Positions 1 through 12,493 of a stretch of DNA of 64,000 bases are shown in pieces. This DNA comes from Eledone cirrhosa. Taxonomy: Eukaryota. The stretch lies in NCBI GenBank assembly GCA_964016885.1, contig OZ024744.1:44640001-44704000 (forward strand), given 5' to 3'. The translations under genes were made by a program, and so were the position numbers. The notes beneath the pieces were generated by a model. That model ran no database searches. It was not told the DNA's origin and saw only the letters and a list, made by a program, of their open reading frames with translations. Position 1 is the first letter of the stretch. Each line of letters begins with the position of its first letter.

Positions 1-190
1 GGCACCAACTCTCTGTCGCCAAAGAAATTAAGGTAGGGTGATAAGAAGGACAGAGAATGATAAGGGATTTGGGTCAGAGGGGCAGCTTGGGGTCAGAAAA
101 GCAGTTGGCGTCAGAAGGCCTGGGAAAATTTTTTTTTTTTTTTAAACGAAGCACCGAAGGGCTGGATTGTAATAGAGTGTCACATCAAAT

Positions 191-730
191 ATGGCTGGAC
201 GAGTGTATGGTCGCGTTACCTTAGTTGAAGATATTTTGGATACCAATGCTATTGTTAATCGTTTTGAAACAATGTATACACTGTTCCCGGCGATACACGG
301 TGACACGTTGTGTATGTTACAGTGGTTGGCGAGTCGGCGTCTGTTGGCGAACAGTGTGAATTGTCCTGTCTGCAATGAGGCGTGCACATTGAGAAGATAT
401 TCTGAGGGGATTGATAAATGGAGATGGCGATGCGCCCGCGACAAATTTAGTCAATCGGTGCGACGGAATTCTTTATTTTATCGAAGCCGTGTTCGACTCG
501 AACACCTTATTGGCATTATCTATATGTGGTGCTACGATCATGCCCAAACTGAGATGATGAGAGAAACAGGACTTAGCAAGCCGACAATAATAGACTGGTG
601 TAATTTCCTTAGAGAAATCTGTGAGCAGTATTTGGAGGGGAATCCTCAACAGCTTAGAGGATTCGATGAGAAGGGTGCCAACAAGTTTGGCGAGATGATC
701 AACTGTATTTCAGCTATTTATAGGGTGTAA
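191..730 (+). mobile_element. Merlin/IS1595(ISXO2)-like transposase, internally deleted (no DDE core)
   Basis: Zn-ribbon CPVC...WRWRC, 'SVRRNSLF..SR' and HTH 'TIIDWCNFLREIC'. The ORF then jumps in frame to a C-terminal-like 'FGEMINCISAIYRV' where the VEIDES/DDE region is expected. Confidence 0.7.
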
Positions 731-1389
731 TAAGGATTTTCATAAGGTACGTCAATTTATATTTTATATGCAACAAACGTATAACTATGTAGTTATTTAA
801 AAAAAAAAAAAATTATTTCTTTCAACACACAATGTCATTATTTAAAAAAAAATTTTCCGTACACACAATACACAAAAAAAGAAAAAAAAAAAAATATCAC
901 GTACACGTAATACTAATTAACACCATCAACAAAATTCACTTTCACTATTGAGACCTGTTGTAAAAAAACAAATTCACAATCCAAATTGAAAATAATGACG
1001 TACGTAACTGTCGTCAAAAATTAGTTTCACTTTTGCGACCGGCCGTTTTGACGTATGCCTTTAAAATCTATACTTTTGATATTTTTTTGAATGATATAAA
1101 ATTGATAAACACTCTGTAGATACATTGATATACATACACATATATACACACACAAATATATGCACAAACAACTCTGCGTTAAAGGTGTACAGGAAATAAA
1201 CACACAAATCAATCCATTCAATGAATAAACAATAAGAAGAATAAAGAATCATTATCATTTGAATAAGAATCACTTCAAGGCAACACAAACTTGATAAATG
1301 TTTTCTAAATATACTTGTTAGTGTTAGGTGTTACTAATAAATATAATGATAAATTTTATATTAACAAAATATAATTAATAAATACTCTC

Positions 1390-2160
1390 TGTATATTAAT
1401 ACAGAGTGTATTAATATAAACTATATACTAAGCAAGTCGTTCTTTCTACAATTGATGATGCAATATTTATATCACAACTATATATATCTTGTTTAACAAC
1501 TACGTTGAATGAAACTTTAGTTGTATCATGATGAGGGTCGTGTACCAGTAATATATACGACAGAATGTCGTACACTATCCTTAAACATGAGCCCAGAGTT
1601 GTCATGTCTTTCTTTTCCTCTCCTTAAATATTACATTTAAACTCTGCTTTGCAAAGTCACCTCGTTTCCAGCCATGGTCCATTCCATAACAGTGTTACAT
1701 CAAAGAACTGTCATTTGAAAGAAAAAGTTTCAATCTTAATATAATTTCTCCTGAATCTGCATTATCAAAATAGATTAAAAAAATATCATCTTTATTTTAC
1801 TGTAAATTTTCACAACTGTCTGTCTAATAGTAAAGGTATAAACTTTTAATTAACAAACATGTTTTTAGATATTTTCTGCTAAATCATTACATTATTTTAA
1901 GAGTTAAGGACATCACTTAACATTTTCTTCACAACACGCCCGGTTCATCTTCATTCTTCTCTCTGTTTATGTATCATGTGAATTCTTCAGAAGAAAGGTA
2001 TTATTCTTCTTTCCTATCTATTTTAAAATGTCTTTCATAATCACATCCAATCTAGTCTTTTCTACAAATTTGAAACTTCTGTTGTGGTATGCAGTGTTTC
2101 CCATCCCAAATGCATCAATCATGTTATTTTGACTCTTATAAAGCTTCCCTACGAAGTGAG
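1390..2160 (-). pseudogene. Highly degenerate Penelope-like (Neptune-type?) RT/GIY-YIG relic
   Basis: Minus-strand remnants resembling G.AMG, FLDV and an 'SC..NI..I.C...LVY' GIY-YIG start; many stops and frameshifts. Confidence 0.35.
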
Positions 2161-5100
2161 TGAATAATAATAATAATATTATTTCTAATAATGATTTCTT
2201 TATTGGCCACAAGGGCTGACATCAAGAAAAACATTACAGATGGCACAGTACGGTACAGGACGGTACGATATGGGTTTTGTGCGTGTAAAGATTTTTATTA
2301 TTTATATAAGAAAAGAAAAAGAAAAAGACATATATATATAAACAATAAAAGTGAAAGTTGAAACAATGAAAAATACCCCAATAGGGGGGAAACTTCCGAG
2401 GGTTACTCGTGGCGAAAACCACATAAAAGACTACGGCCACCCTGACCACCAGGGCAAGCGCCCTCACTCAATTTTTCCATTTCTCAAACTACAGGCGTAT
2501 ATTAAGAGTGGTCCCGTTCACTCGGACCCTTCTCGCTCCATTCACCCACCTTTCAACAAACTTGCTAGAAGGCAGCACTTGCCTCTCCACCCTGATTTTC
2601 CTCTTCAAGTGAAACTTGAAAAAGTTAATTAGGGATTCGTCGAAGAGGAAAGTCGTTAACCCTTTCAACCTTGTCCACCACACAATCACTTTCGCCATGG
2701 CCACCAGGCAGATAAAAACCGCCTGCCCTTCCTCCTCGGAGGAAGACGGCGAGACCATCTGCACAATGGACTTAGTCGATAACCGGATCAGTCCCACACG
2801 CGACAGCAACTGTTCGACATAGCTCCACAAGTCAGCAATTCTCGAACACTGAACGAGTGCGTGCACGACGGTTTCGTTGCTCTGCGCGCATGTCCGACAG
2901 GCTTAGCTGACGGCTCTTCCGTACCTGTAGAGCTTATCTCGAACCGGCAACGCTCAACGGTAGCACTGCCAGGCCAGGGATTTTTGGAAATTATCCATAG
3001 GCCCTCAGCTGTAAGTTCTCCGGAAGAGAGCAAACAGCTGATCTTCTTCGTCGCCCAGGATTTGTCCGAGAACGTCGTCGCTCTTCCCCTCCACTAGTCC
3101 TCTATATAACGCCGTGGTGGATGTTCCACCGATACTGGTGCCCAGCTGACAGAAGGCGGTGTGCGCCTGGAGATATTCCAGTTTCCAAGCGCTATCCCTC
3201 GGTCTTTTTCTGACCCAGGACTGCAGCTCCATCAAGGAGACGAGCTGTGGGAAAACGTGCCTGGCGAACGGCGACCACACCTGTTCACTATCAAGGAAGC
3301 ACCAGAGATGTCGCAGCCCCAGCGCATGTTTGCGCATCATCAGTCATGGCATGCCCAGTCCTCCACGCAACGGGTGTTGACAGCAGATTGATCGTCTGAC
3401 CATGGGAGCGCGCCCCTTCCACAAAAAAGCGGAAGAGCAGGCGCTCCATTTTGGTGAGAGTTGGGCCGGGGCAAGGGACGACGGTGAGGCGGTAGCAGAT
3501 GACGGATGCGATGTACGCATTTGCCACCTCCGCCCGGCCTTTCAGGGACAGCTTCCTCTCGGCCCATTTCTGGGCGAGGGAGGCCACCCTGCACGTCACT
3601 TCGCTCCAGTTTTTCTCCATCTGGAGGTCCGGTCCGCACCAGACCCCGAGCAATTTAACCGGTCCGTCCGTCCAACGCCCCCACGACGCTGTCGGACGGC
3701 ATGGACTTTCCTCTCCAGGTGCCGAATTGCAAGCCCACCGACTCTTCCTGGTTTATCTTTCCTCCTGTCACCGCTTCGTATTCCTTGAGAGCGGTACCGA
3801 GCAACTGGACGTGTCTGGCGCTCGACACCAGCATGGTGACGTCGTCGGCGTAAGCCGACTCGGATTCCCGCATACTAGTTTGCGTGGGACGCCACTCATC
3901 ACCCCCAGTTTGTGAAGTAACGGCTCGAGAGCCAATACGTAAAAGAGACAGGAGAGGGGACAATCTTGGCGGACCGAGCGCATAATGCTGAACGGCTGCG
4001 ACAGGTGACCGTTCACCCTCACAATTGAGCAGATGCCGCTGTACATCGCAGCGATCCAACCCCTGAAAACGGGCCCGAAACCGGCTGCCTCGAGGACCGC
4101 CGCCAGGTACCGATGGTCGACCCTATCGAATGCTTTGGATTGATCCAAGTTGATCAGGGCCCCACTTGTACCAGGTTCCTTAACCACCCTCTCTATGATG
4201 TATCGCATGAGGTGGTGGTTGTCGTGTATGGATCTGTCCGGAATGGTGCTTGTCTGCGCCTCTCCGCCAGACCCTTGACGAAAAGCGCCAACCTCGTTGC
4301 TAACACCTTAGCCAAAATCTTGAACTCTGCGTTTAGCAGGGTTATGGGCCTGAAGTTATCGATAATACCTCCCTTGTTCGGGTCTTTTCTCATCAGCGCC
4401 ACCGCTCCCCGGCTCACAAAACTGAGAATACTCCCCTTCTGCTGCCAGTTGCAGTAGACGTCTGCCAAGAGGTCACCGAACAAGTCTGGCATAAATGCAT
4501 AAATCTTGTAGGGCAGACCCTCCAAACCTGGCGATTTACTCCTCGTGCAGTTAGCCATCGCTTCCCGTATTTCACCGGCTGTTATTGGCTTTTCGCAACA
4601 CTGTGCTGCGGTCGTCGAGAGCTGAAGCAGTCCGTCGATGTATGCACTGAAGTCCATGCCCCGATCCGGGCCCCCGCCGCTCCCGAACAGATCAGCAAAG
4701 TGCTGCTGAAAAGCTTCACACATCTGATAGGGTTCGGGCCCGTTTTGGTCAGATAAAGACCGAATTGTGGGTTTGTTGCCACTTTGGACCTCTGCAACCC
4801 GGGCCCATTGGATGGCTTTTGTCCCCTCGTGTTTCAGAGCACGCGCTCTAGCTCTGACAACGCAATCTTCGTGTTTTGCGCTGAGGAATTGGTCGAGTGC
4901 CAATCTCGCCGCAAGCACGTCGGTTGCGATGCCTGTCCTAAGCGCCTCTTCTAGCTTTCTGACTAGCTCTCCCTCTACTCTATTTTCCTCTATACCTAGT
5001 CCTTTGCTAAACCTAATCGACTCTACTTTAATTTCCCTTTTCAGGGCGAACCACCAACTGTTGTTGACGACCGCTCCCGTCAACGCCCGCTTAACTAATA

Positions 5101-6985
5101 CGTTAATCCGGTCTCTGTAGGCTTTGCGCGGCGGGAAAAACGCGTTCAGCTTCCAGTTACCTACTCCTTGTCTATGAAGTCTGTCTATGTCGATCTCACA
5201 GATCACAAATTTGTGGTCTGTGTAGTCGACTATTTTAAATTGTGGACAACTTATACTAGCCTTATCTAGTTCTGTGCAGAATACCCTATCGAGATACGAT
5301 CTGGATAATCCGATGCGGTTTGTCCATGTCCATATTGGCACATTCGGGTGATCCAGTCGATAGCTGTCAGACAGTTCAAAACGTCTGAGCAGGTTGGTGA
5401 GGCTCTTGCACCCTCCTCCCCTATCCACTAGCCCTACACAATCCCAGCGTGCATCCAAGATACCGTTCCAGTCGCCCACTAACACTAAAGAGCGGGACGT
5501 TCCAAGAAAGGTCTCTAGACGTCTAAAGAAATCTGACCGTATTGCCCCTGTCGGGGCATAGACGGCTACTAGCCTGAAAGCGTTGCCTTCGGTGCCGGTC
5601 ACGTCCAGCACCACCTACTTACCTTCTGGGTCTAGGAAGATGGCCCGTATGGCGAGATCCAAGCCTCTCCGAAAAAGGACGGCAACCCCTCCCCCCAATC
5701 CTGGACGGCGGGGAGATGCGTATACATCGTAGCCGCCGAAGATCGGTGCGTAGGCTCGTGCATCGGAGATTCTGGTCTCGCTGATGGCCACCACATCTAT
5801 GTTTAGTGACCCGAGGTTGTTGACCAGGTGACCCTGCTTCCAAGATGACCCCAGGCCACGTGCATTTATACTGCCTAGTCTGAGTACGGCCATGTTGGAT
5901 GAGAAACGGGGCAAGTGAGAAAGGATCACCTACCTTGATCGTGTGGTGAAGGGACAGTAGAACCGTCCCTTTGGCTGGTCATGGGTGTTTCCAAGAGGAT
6001 GTCAGTGTATATCCTCTTGGTAACCAACCACCTGAAGTCTCCAACTGCGTTGGGGAATTTTTTTTTTTAAAGTTTGTACTGTTCTATTTTGATATCAATG
6101 ATGCTTAATTTTGTCGGGAGAGTTCTTGGTGTTGGTGGGGTGTAGTAGTTTTTTTCTGTGATGTCTGTGTGCTGCTTTATATGTTGTATGAGTTCTTTAT
6201 TTGCCATGTTTATGGCTGTGTACTTTTGGGGGGCAGGGGTGATTTTGTTGCTGTTTGGTGTGTGTGTTTTGTTTTGTTTGCGCTGTTGGTGTTTTTGGTG
6301 ATGCTTGTGGTGGTGTGGTTGTTGTTGGCGGTGGTGCTTGTGGTGGTTATAGTGGTGGTGTTGCTGCAAGTTTCCTCGCAGCCTTTACCCTTTTTTGTGT
6401 GCCTTCGCAGACCGTTTGTCACTTCACTCCCGCCTCAAACTCCATGTCGTATTCCGTGGCCTCTGGGAAGGGTATGTGCGCCACGGCTGTCGGTGGTGGT
6501 AGTGGAGCCCTCTCCGGTAATTGTGTTGCTGGTGCAGCTACTGCAAATGTAGCTATTGGTGTTGCCGCCACTGATGCTGCTGCTTTAGTTGTCCGTGGCC
6601 TTGGTACGGGTGCCACAGACGTTGCCCTCCTACTCACCGTGGAAGGGGCCCTTGCATTTGTTGCCTGCCCTGCTCTTGGTAGCAGCAGACCAGGTATTGG
6701 AAAGAGAGGGACCTTCTTCTTCGCTGTCTTCTTCATGCAAAAGGCCCTGAGGTGACCATTTGACCGACAGAGAGAACATTTAGGCCGTCTTCCTTCGACG
6801 CTTATAGGGAGTTGGAGTCCTTCCTCAACGTCTATGATATCGGGGATAGCGTCGATACATTCCTGGTCAGTTTGTATAAGCATTTGCATGTCTATACTTG
6901 ACCAGTTCTCTCTCCCTATTTTCTCTACTTGCAGCATGGTCGTCTTGTCCTCGATTCCAGCAAGGACAGACGCGGCCAGCCAAGG
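2160..6985 (-). mobile_element. Tx1/L1-clade LINE with partial ORF1 and frameshifted ORF2 (APE-RT)
   Basis: ORF1 zinc knuckle CSLCRSNGHLRAFC (6419-6937). APE motifs INARGL, LVGDWNG, SYLDRVF, TDHKFV. RT motifs LDQSKAFDRVDH, RQDCPLS, YADD. AATAAA and (TTA)n tail near 2160-2205. Confidence 0.9.
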
Positions 6986-8167
6986 TATGCTCTTTCACTG
7001 TTTGTGGAAGGGACGCGCTCCGATGGTCAGCCGTTCCATCTTCTGTCAACACCCGCTACGTGGAGGGCTGGGCACCGTGGCTGATGTTGCGCAGACATGC
7101 GCTGAGGCTACGACATCTCCACCTCTTCCTCGACGGTGATCAGGTGTGGTCGCCGTTTGCTAGACGCGTCTTTCCCCAGCTCGTCTCCTTGACAGAACTG
7201 CAGTCCTGGGTCAAGCGAAAACCGAGAGGTAGCGCTTGGAGACTGGAATGTCTTGAGGCGCTCACAACCCTCGACATGTCGGGCAATGTGATCGGTGGAA
7301 ACTCCACCCTGGCGTTCTATAGAGGATTAGTGGAGGGGAAGAGCGACGACGTACTTGGGGAATCTCTAGGCGTCGACGAAAATCAACTAACCAATCTCTT
7401 CGGAAGGACTTTCGGGCCGGGGCCTATGGACAACTTCCAGAAATCCCTGGCCTGGCATTGCTACCGAGGAGCTTTACCAGCTCGGGATAAAGTCTACAGG
7501 TGCCGTCAGTCGGGCATGTCCGAGATGCGCTCAAGCCGACGAAACCGTACTGCACGCACTCGTCCAGTGTCCGAGCATTGCTGACTTGTGGGTTTATGTC
7601 GCGTGCAGAACGGATCCGGCTATCAGCTGAGTCCATCGTAAAGATTGCCCCGCCCTCTTCCTTTTGTCGGGAAGGGCAGGCAGTTTTATCTGTCTGGTGG
7701 TCATGGCGAAATAGATAGTATGGTGGACGCGTCTGAAAGGGCTGAAGACGAGCACTTACCTCTTCGGTGATGCCCTGATTAACTTTTTCAAATTTCATTT
7801 GAAAAGGAAAATCAGGGTAGAGAGGGAAGTGCTCTCTTCCCAACATTTTGTTGAAAGGTGGGTGAGAGAGGCAAGAATGGCCCGAGTGAATGGGCCTACT
7901 CTGAGTATGTGTCTGTAAATTAAAGGTGGAAAACTGGGAGAGGGCACTTGCCCTGGAGGTCAGGGTCACGGTGGCTTTTTTAATGGGCTTTCTCCACGAT
8001 GGCCCTCGGAATTCTCCCCCCTATTGGGGAATTTTTCATTCTTTTTTTGTTGCATCCTCTGTTTTTGTTTTTTTACACGCAGAAATGACCATTTGTACCG
8101 TCCTGTATTGTCCTGTACTGTCCTTAATGTCTCACTTTGTGTAAACCCTTGTGGTTAATAAATAAAG

Positions 8168-8212
<45 letters not shown>

Positions 8213-8220
8213 CATTATTG
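6985..8220 (+). mobile_element. 3' fragment of a related Tx1 LINE subfamily
   Basis: WSPFARRVFPQL / LQSWVKRKP / FQKSLAW matches the ORF2 C-terminus of the neighbouring copies; ends in AATAAA + (TTA)n at 8160-8220. Confidence 0.85.
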
Positions 8221-11200
8221 TTCTTTGAGTCTCAGTTATTGATGTTATTTAACTGGAAAGTTTGTTGAAATAAATATCATGCCACTACCTGCCGCCTCAG
8301 ATATTCAGGACGTATCGGAGGATTCTTGCTGTTCCCAGCAAGCATGCCTTTTGAAATGTTCCAATTTTCTTTAACCATCCTTGGAAACTCTTTGAGATAG
8401 TACCTAGTGCGCCTATAACAATCGAGACCTCTTTCACCTCATGGCAGTTCCAAATCCTTTTTACCTCCCACTTTAAGTCCTGGTATCGGTTAATTTTCTC
8501 CCTCTCCTTCTCTTGCATTCTTGTGTCGAATGGGCAGGTTACATCCACAATCAGGCACGATCTTTTTTCTTTGTCCAAAACCACCAGGTCAGGTCTATTG
8601 TTTTCCAGTTTCTTGTCCGTCTGTATCCTAAAATCCCACAGCACCTTCGCCTGATCGTTTTCTATCACCGACTCTGGCCTATGCTCATACCATTTCTCAG
8701 AATGTGGTAAATTGTTTACTTTGCATAGGTGCCAGTGGATCACCCTGCCCATCACATCATGTCTCCAGCCCTTATAGTGGGTCTGGGCTAGGTGTTTACA
8801 CTCGGATACAATGTGAGCCACAGTCCCCCCTTCTCCACAGATCCTACACAGTGGGCTAGCCTCCTCCTTGTAAATATGGTGTTTCACCCACTTCGTTTTG
8901 AGTGCCTGCTCTTGCGCAGCCATTAACATTCCTTCTGTAGCCTTTTTAATGTCTCCTCTTTTTAACCGGTTCCATGTCTGTGGATCTCTAAATTCAGTTT
9001 TCTCAAAGAAGGTACTATGAAGGGATTTTTCCTGAAGGTTGCTCTTCCTCCTTGTTGTTATTTACTCGTTGGACATCCCCTGGTCTATTGTTCTCTCCTT
9101 CAGTACAATTCTGAGCATTGGCTCCCTACTGTCTGTCACGTATTTGTGCAGGTTGTTTTTCACCATCTGAACACAGTCCTCTATGCTGATAAGACCTCTT
9201 CCACCTTCAGATCTCTTTAAGTAGAGTCTATTGATATCACTACTCTTGTGGAACATGTTGTAGATATTCAATAGCTTCCTAGTCTTCCTATCCATTTCTT
9301 TTTGTTCAGCAACATTCTATTTCAGAATTCCCGCACTGCACCTAATAATAGACATAGCTTGGAAATTCATTGCACTTATGGCATTCCTATTATTTAGATG
9401 TGAGTTTAATACGTTCCTTACTCTCCTAATATACTAAGATCTTATCAATTCCTTCATTTTTTTGTTGTGGATGTCATCTGCCTCCAGAACACCTCAATAT
9501 GTGTATCCCTCTTCAGTGTCAATTTCCTTTATCATCTCACCTGGATTCCGTTGCTTCTGCTCAATTTACCCCTCTTCATCACAAGGACTCCACACTTACT
9601 AATACCAAATTGCATACATATATCACCGCTGAAAATACGGACATTGTCAACAAGCACATCCAACTCCTTCTCACGCTTCCCAAAGAGCTTAAGATCGTCC
9701 ATGAAGAAGAGGTGGTTGATGGTAGGCTCTCCTTTTCCCAACTTGTATCCTGCTCACACTTGTCGCAGGGGTATCAGGGCAAGGACAAACAACAGAGAGG
9801 ACAGACAATCTCAGCGGAAGATACCTCTCTTGATCTTCACGCCTCCCAAGGATTCTCCAGCTGATGTTAACTCTGTTTTCCAGGACTTCATACTTTTGCT
9901 CAACAACTCTCTGATGTTATCTGCCACCCTGAAGATCTCTAGGCTTTTGGTGATCCAAGAATGAGGCACCATGTCAAATGCCTTTTTGTAGTCTATCCAT
10001 TCCAAGGCAAGACCAATGTGTCTCCTCCTGCAATTCCTCATTACCATCTTATCAATAAGTAACTGGTCCTTTGCACCACGGGACTTCTTTCGGCATCCTT
10101 TCTGTTCGTCCGGTAACAAGTTGTTTGTGTGAATGTAATGGTATATTTCCTCAGACATAATGCTTGTCAACAGTTTCCACATTACGGAGACATGTGATAG
10201 GTCTATAGTTGGTAACATCATTACCCTTGATTCGGCCTTTCATTATCAGAACTGTGGTACCTTTTATCAACCACTCTGGTACCTCACCTGACATCAAGCA
10301 GTCATTGAATATGGTTGTCAGTTTCGGGTGGAGGGATGTTATATTTTTAATCCAAATACCCCTGCAGACCATCTGGGCCTGGAGATTTCCAGTTGGTTAG
10401 TTTTTTGGCCTGCCCCTTAAGAGTTTCAACTGTGATACTCAAATCAGTTTGTTTGTGTGCCTGTTCACTAATCTCCTTTTGTACTGTCTCAATCTACACT
10501 GCCTGGTCATTATGTTTAACATCCTGCTCCCATATTCCTCTCCAGAATGTTTTAGCTTGTTCCGCCTCAGGGATCAAGTCGTTGCCTCTTTCTTTCCCTT
10601 TAAGCTGTCCAAACAACATCTTCTGGTTGATGTCAAACATGCTGTTCTGTTTATACTGACTGACTCTGCTCTCGTATCGCCTAATTTTTGCACTCTTTGC
10701 TACAATGCGTTGCATCAGTTCCTCTATGATAATATTTAGCTTTTTCCTCCTAGTTTTGTATTTTATTTCCAGTCTATTTTTAGTGTCTATGTTTTTTAGT
10801 GTCCCATTCAGTAGGGACTCAAGCTTTCCAATGTCATTTCTCATTTCCCTGATTTGACTATTCAGTCGTTTCTTCCACCAAGGTTCTGATCTTTCTTGTT
10901 TGTTGTTTCCTCTCGTTTTTATGCCAAGTAATTTCCTCGCCGCATTTGCTGTTGCTTTGAGGATATTGTTGCACTGGTGAAGGCTCCTCGCCTAGAGGTA
11001 TGGGATGACTTTGTTTACCTTAGCTGTTGTTTCTTTTAACTTTTTCCTGTCTACAAATCTTAGGTTCATAGGTTTCCCACTATCATTGTTCAATTCATCA
11101 ACCACTAAGTTTAGGATATCAACCAAATCTTGTCCTAGCCCGTCAGCATTCATCTCCTCAATGGCCGTATCTTTGTTCCAGGTCATGCATTCTAGCATAG

Positions 11201-11880
11201 TTACGTCCCTTTACTGAGTTCAAATCCCGCCGAGATTAACTTTGCCTTTCATCCTTACGGGGTCGACAAAATAAAGTACCAGTAATGCACTGGGTAATTG
11301 CTGGCCTTGTGCCTAAAGTAGAAACAATTATTTATTTCAGCATTCAGATCATTGTCTGCTTCGGATGGTTCCTCCGTTCTCTCAACCTCTTCACCTTCAT
11401 TTCCCACTGGCTCGTTTGCCTGGCATACTCCACTCTCCATTTCCAACCTAATCTCTCTGCTCAGTTCCTCCAGTTCCAGCTCGTTTATCCACCCATTAGT
11501 TCTTATTACCCGAGCCTGCCCGGCCAATTTTTGTTCATCTAATTTAAATAGACCAATCTCGTTCCAGATGTTATGCATCCGTTTCCTATAGCCTTTCTCC
11601 TTGGGGTTACTCTTCTGGTAACATTGCATAACAGTTCTATTCAATTCTTTCGTCCAGTTGGTTCTGGTCCCTTTCCTTCTTCTTCCTCCGACATAAGCAG
11701 TATTTGGTTGACTGCCAGGTCCCTGCTGCTGAGCCATGGAGCACCTGCTGGGTGAGAGTCTGTCACATGACATTCCAGTCTCCACTTCACCGTTATTCGA
11801 ACTGTTTAGGTTCGACATTTAAACACACTTATCGAGGATTGGTGAATGTATGGTTACATAACCACCGGTGATTTTAGCGT
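8220..11880 (-). mobile_element. Near-full-length R4/Dong-clade non-LTR retrotransposon (RT + RLE), frameshifted
   Basis: N-terminal 'WTKELN...GYRKRMHNIW'. RT motifs YRPITCL, WIDYKKAFDMVPH, HLFFMDDLKL. CCHC 'CRICGE..TVAHIVSEC'. RLE 'RPDLV...IVDVTCP...KINRY'. Confidence 0.9.
11183..11338 (+). mobile_element. tRNA-derived SINE (5'-truncated) nested in the R4 element
   Basis: B-box GAGTTCAAATCCC plus core GCCTTTCATCCTTACGGGGTCGA.AAAATAAAGTACCAG shared with the other copies. Confidence 0.85.
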
Positions 11881-12185
11881 CGCACTATCACGCTGTAGAC
11901 GTACATAAATAAACAAACAAACAAATAGGTAACCCCCCCCCCCCCCCCAAAAAAAAAAGAATAAGCATAAGTTTCATTGTAATGTAATCTTAGAATGTCT
12001 GACTTAGTTTTTTTTTTTTTTCCTTCTCTGTCTCTCTGTTTGTTTTTCTTTTTACGTTTTTCGTTGCTGCTGTGCTGTTTTGGTTTTGATATTTCGTTTT
12101 CTGATTTTTTGACCGGGTCATCAAATCAGTCTATTTATATCTTTTGATGCCTTCCTCTTTTAGTGGGGACACTACGATGCCTGTC

Positions 12186-12425
12186 TTAGCAGGAGGTAGT
12201 GGGAGAGAATAGCGGCGGTAGCGATAATGAGGCAGTTGTGGTGGTGGTGTTGTTGCTGAGCTAGTAGTACTTAACAGGAGGTAGTGGGAGAGAATAGCGG
12301 CGGTAGCGATAATGAGGCAGTGGTGGTGGTGGTGCTATGCTAGTAGTACTTAGCAGGAGGTAGTGGGAGAGAATAGCGGCGGTAGCGATAATGAAGCAGT
12401 GGTGGTGGTGATGTGATCGTAGTAC
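12186..12425. repeat. Three tandem ~80-85 bp units
   Basis: TTA(G/A)CAGGAGGTAGTGGGAGAGAATAGCGGCGGTAGCGATAATGA recurs at about 12186, 12270 and 12350. Confidence 0.9.
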
Positions 12426-12493
12426 TGTAGTGATGGTGTTGAAGTTGAAGTAGAAATAGAAGTTGAGGTAACTTGACTAGAGTTTATTATTAA

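Noticed and set aside
1-1060. TIRs for the Merlin-like element
   Set aside because: The window start (GGCACCAACT) and the candidate right end (GACGTATGCC, ~1059) match over only 4 bp.
2351-5120. Plus-strand ORFs over the Tx1 LINE
   Set aside because: Antisense shadows of GC-rich ORF2 sequence.
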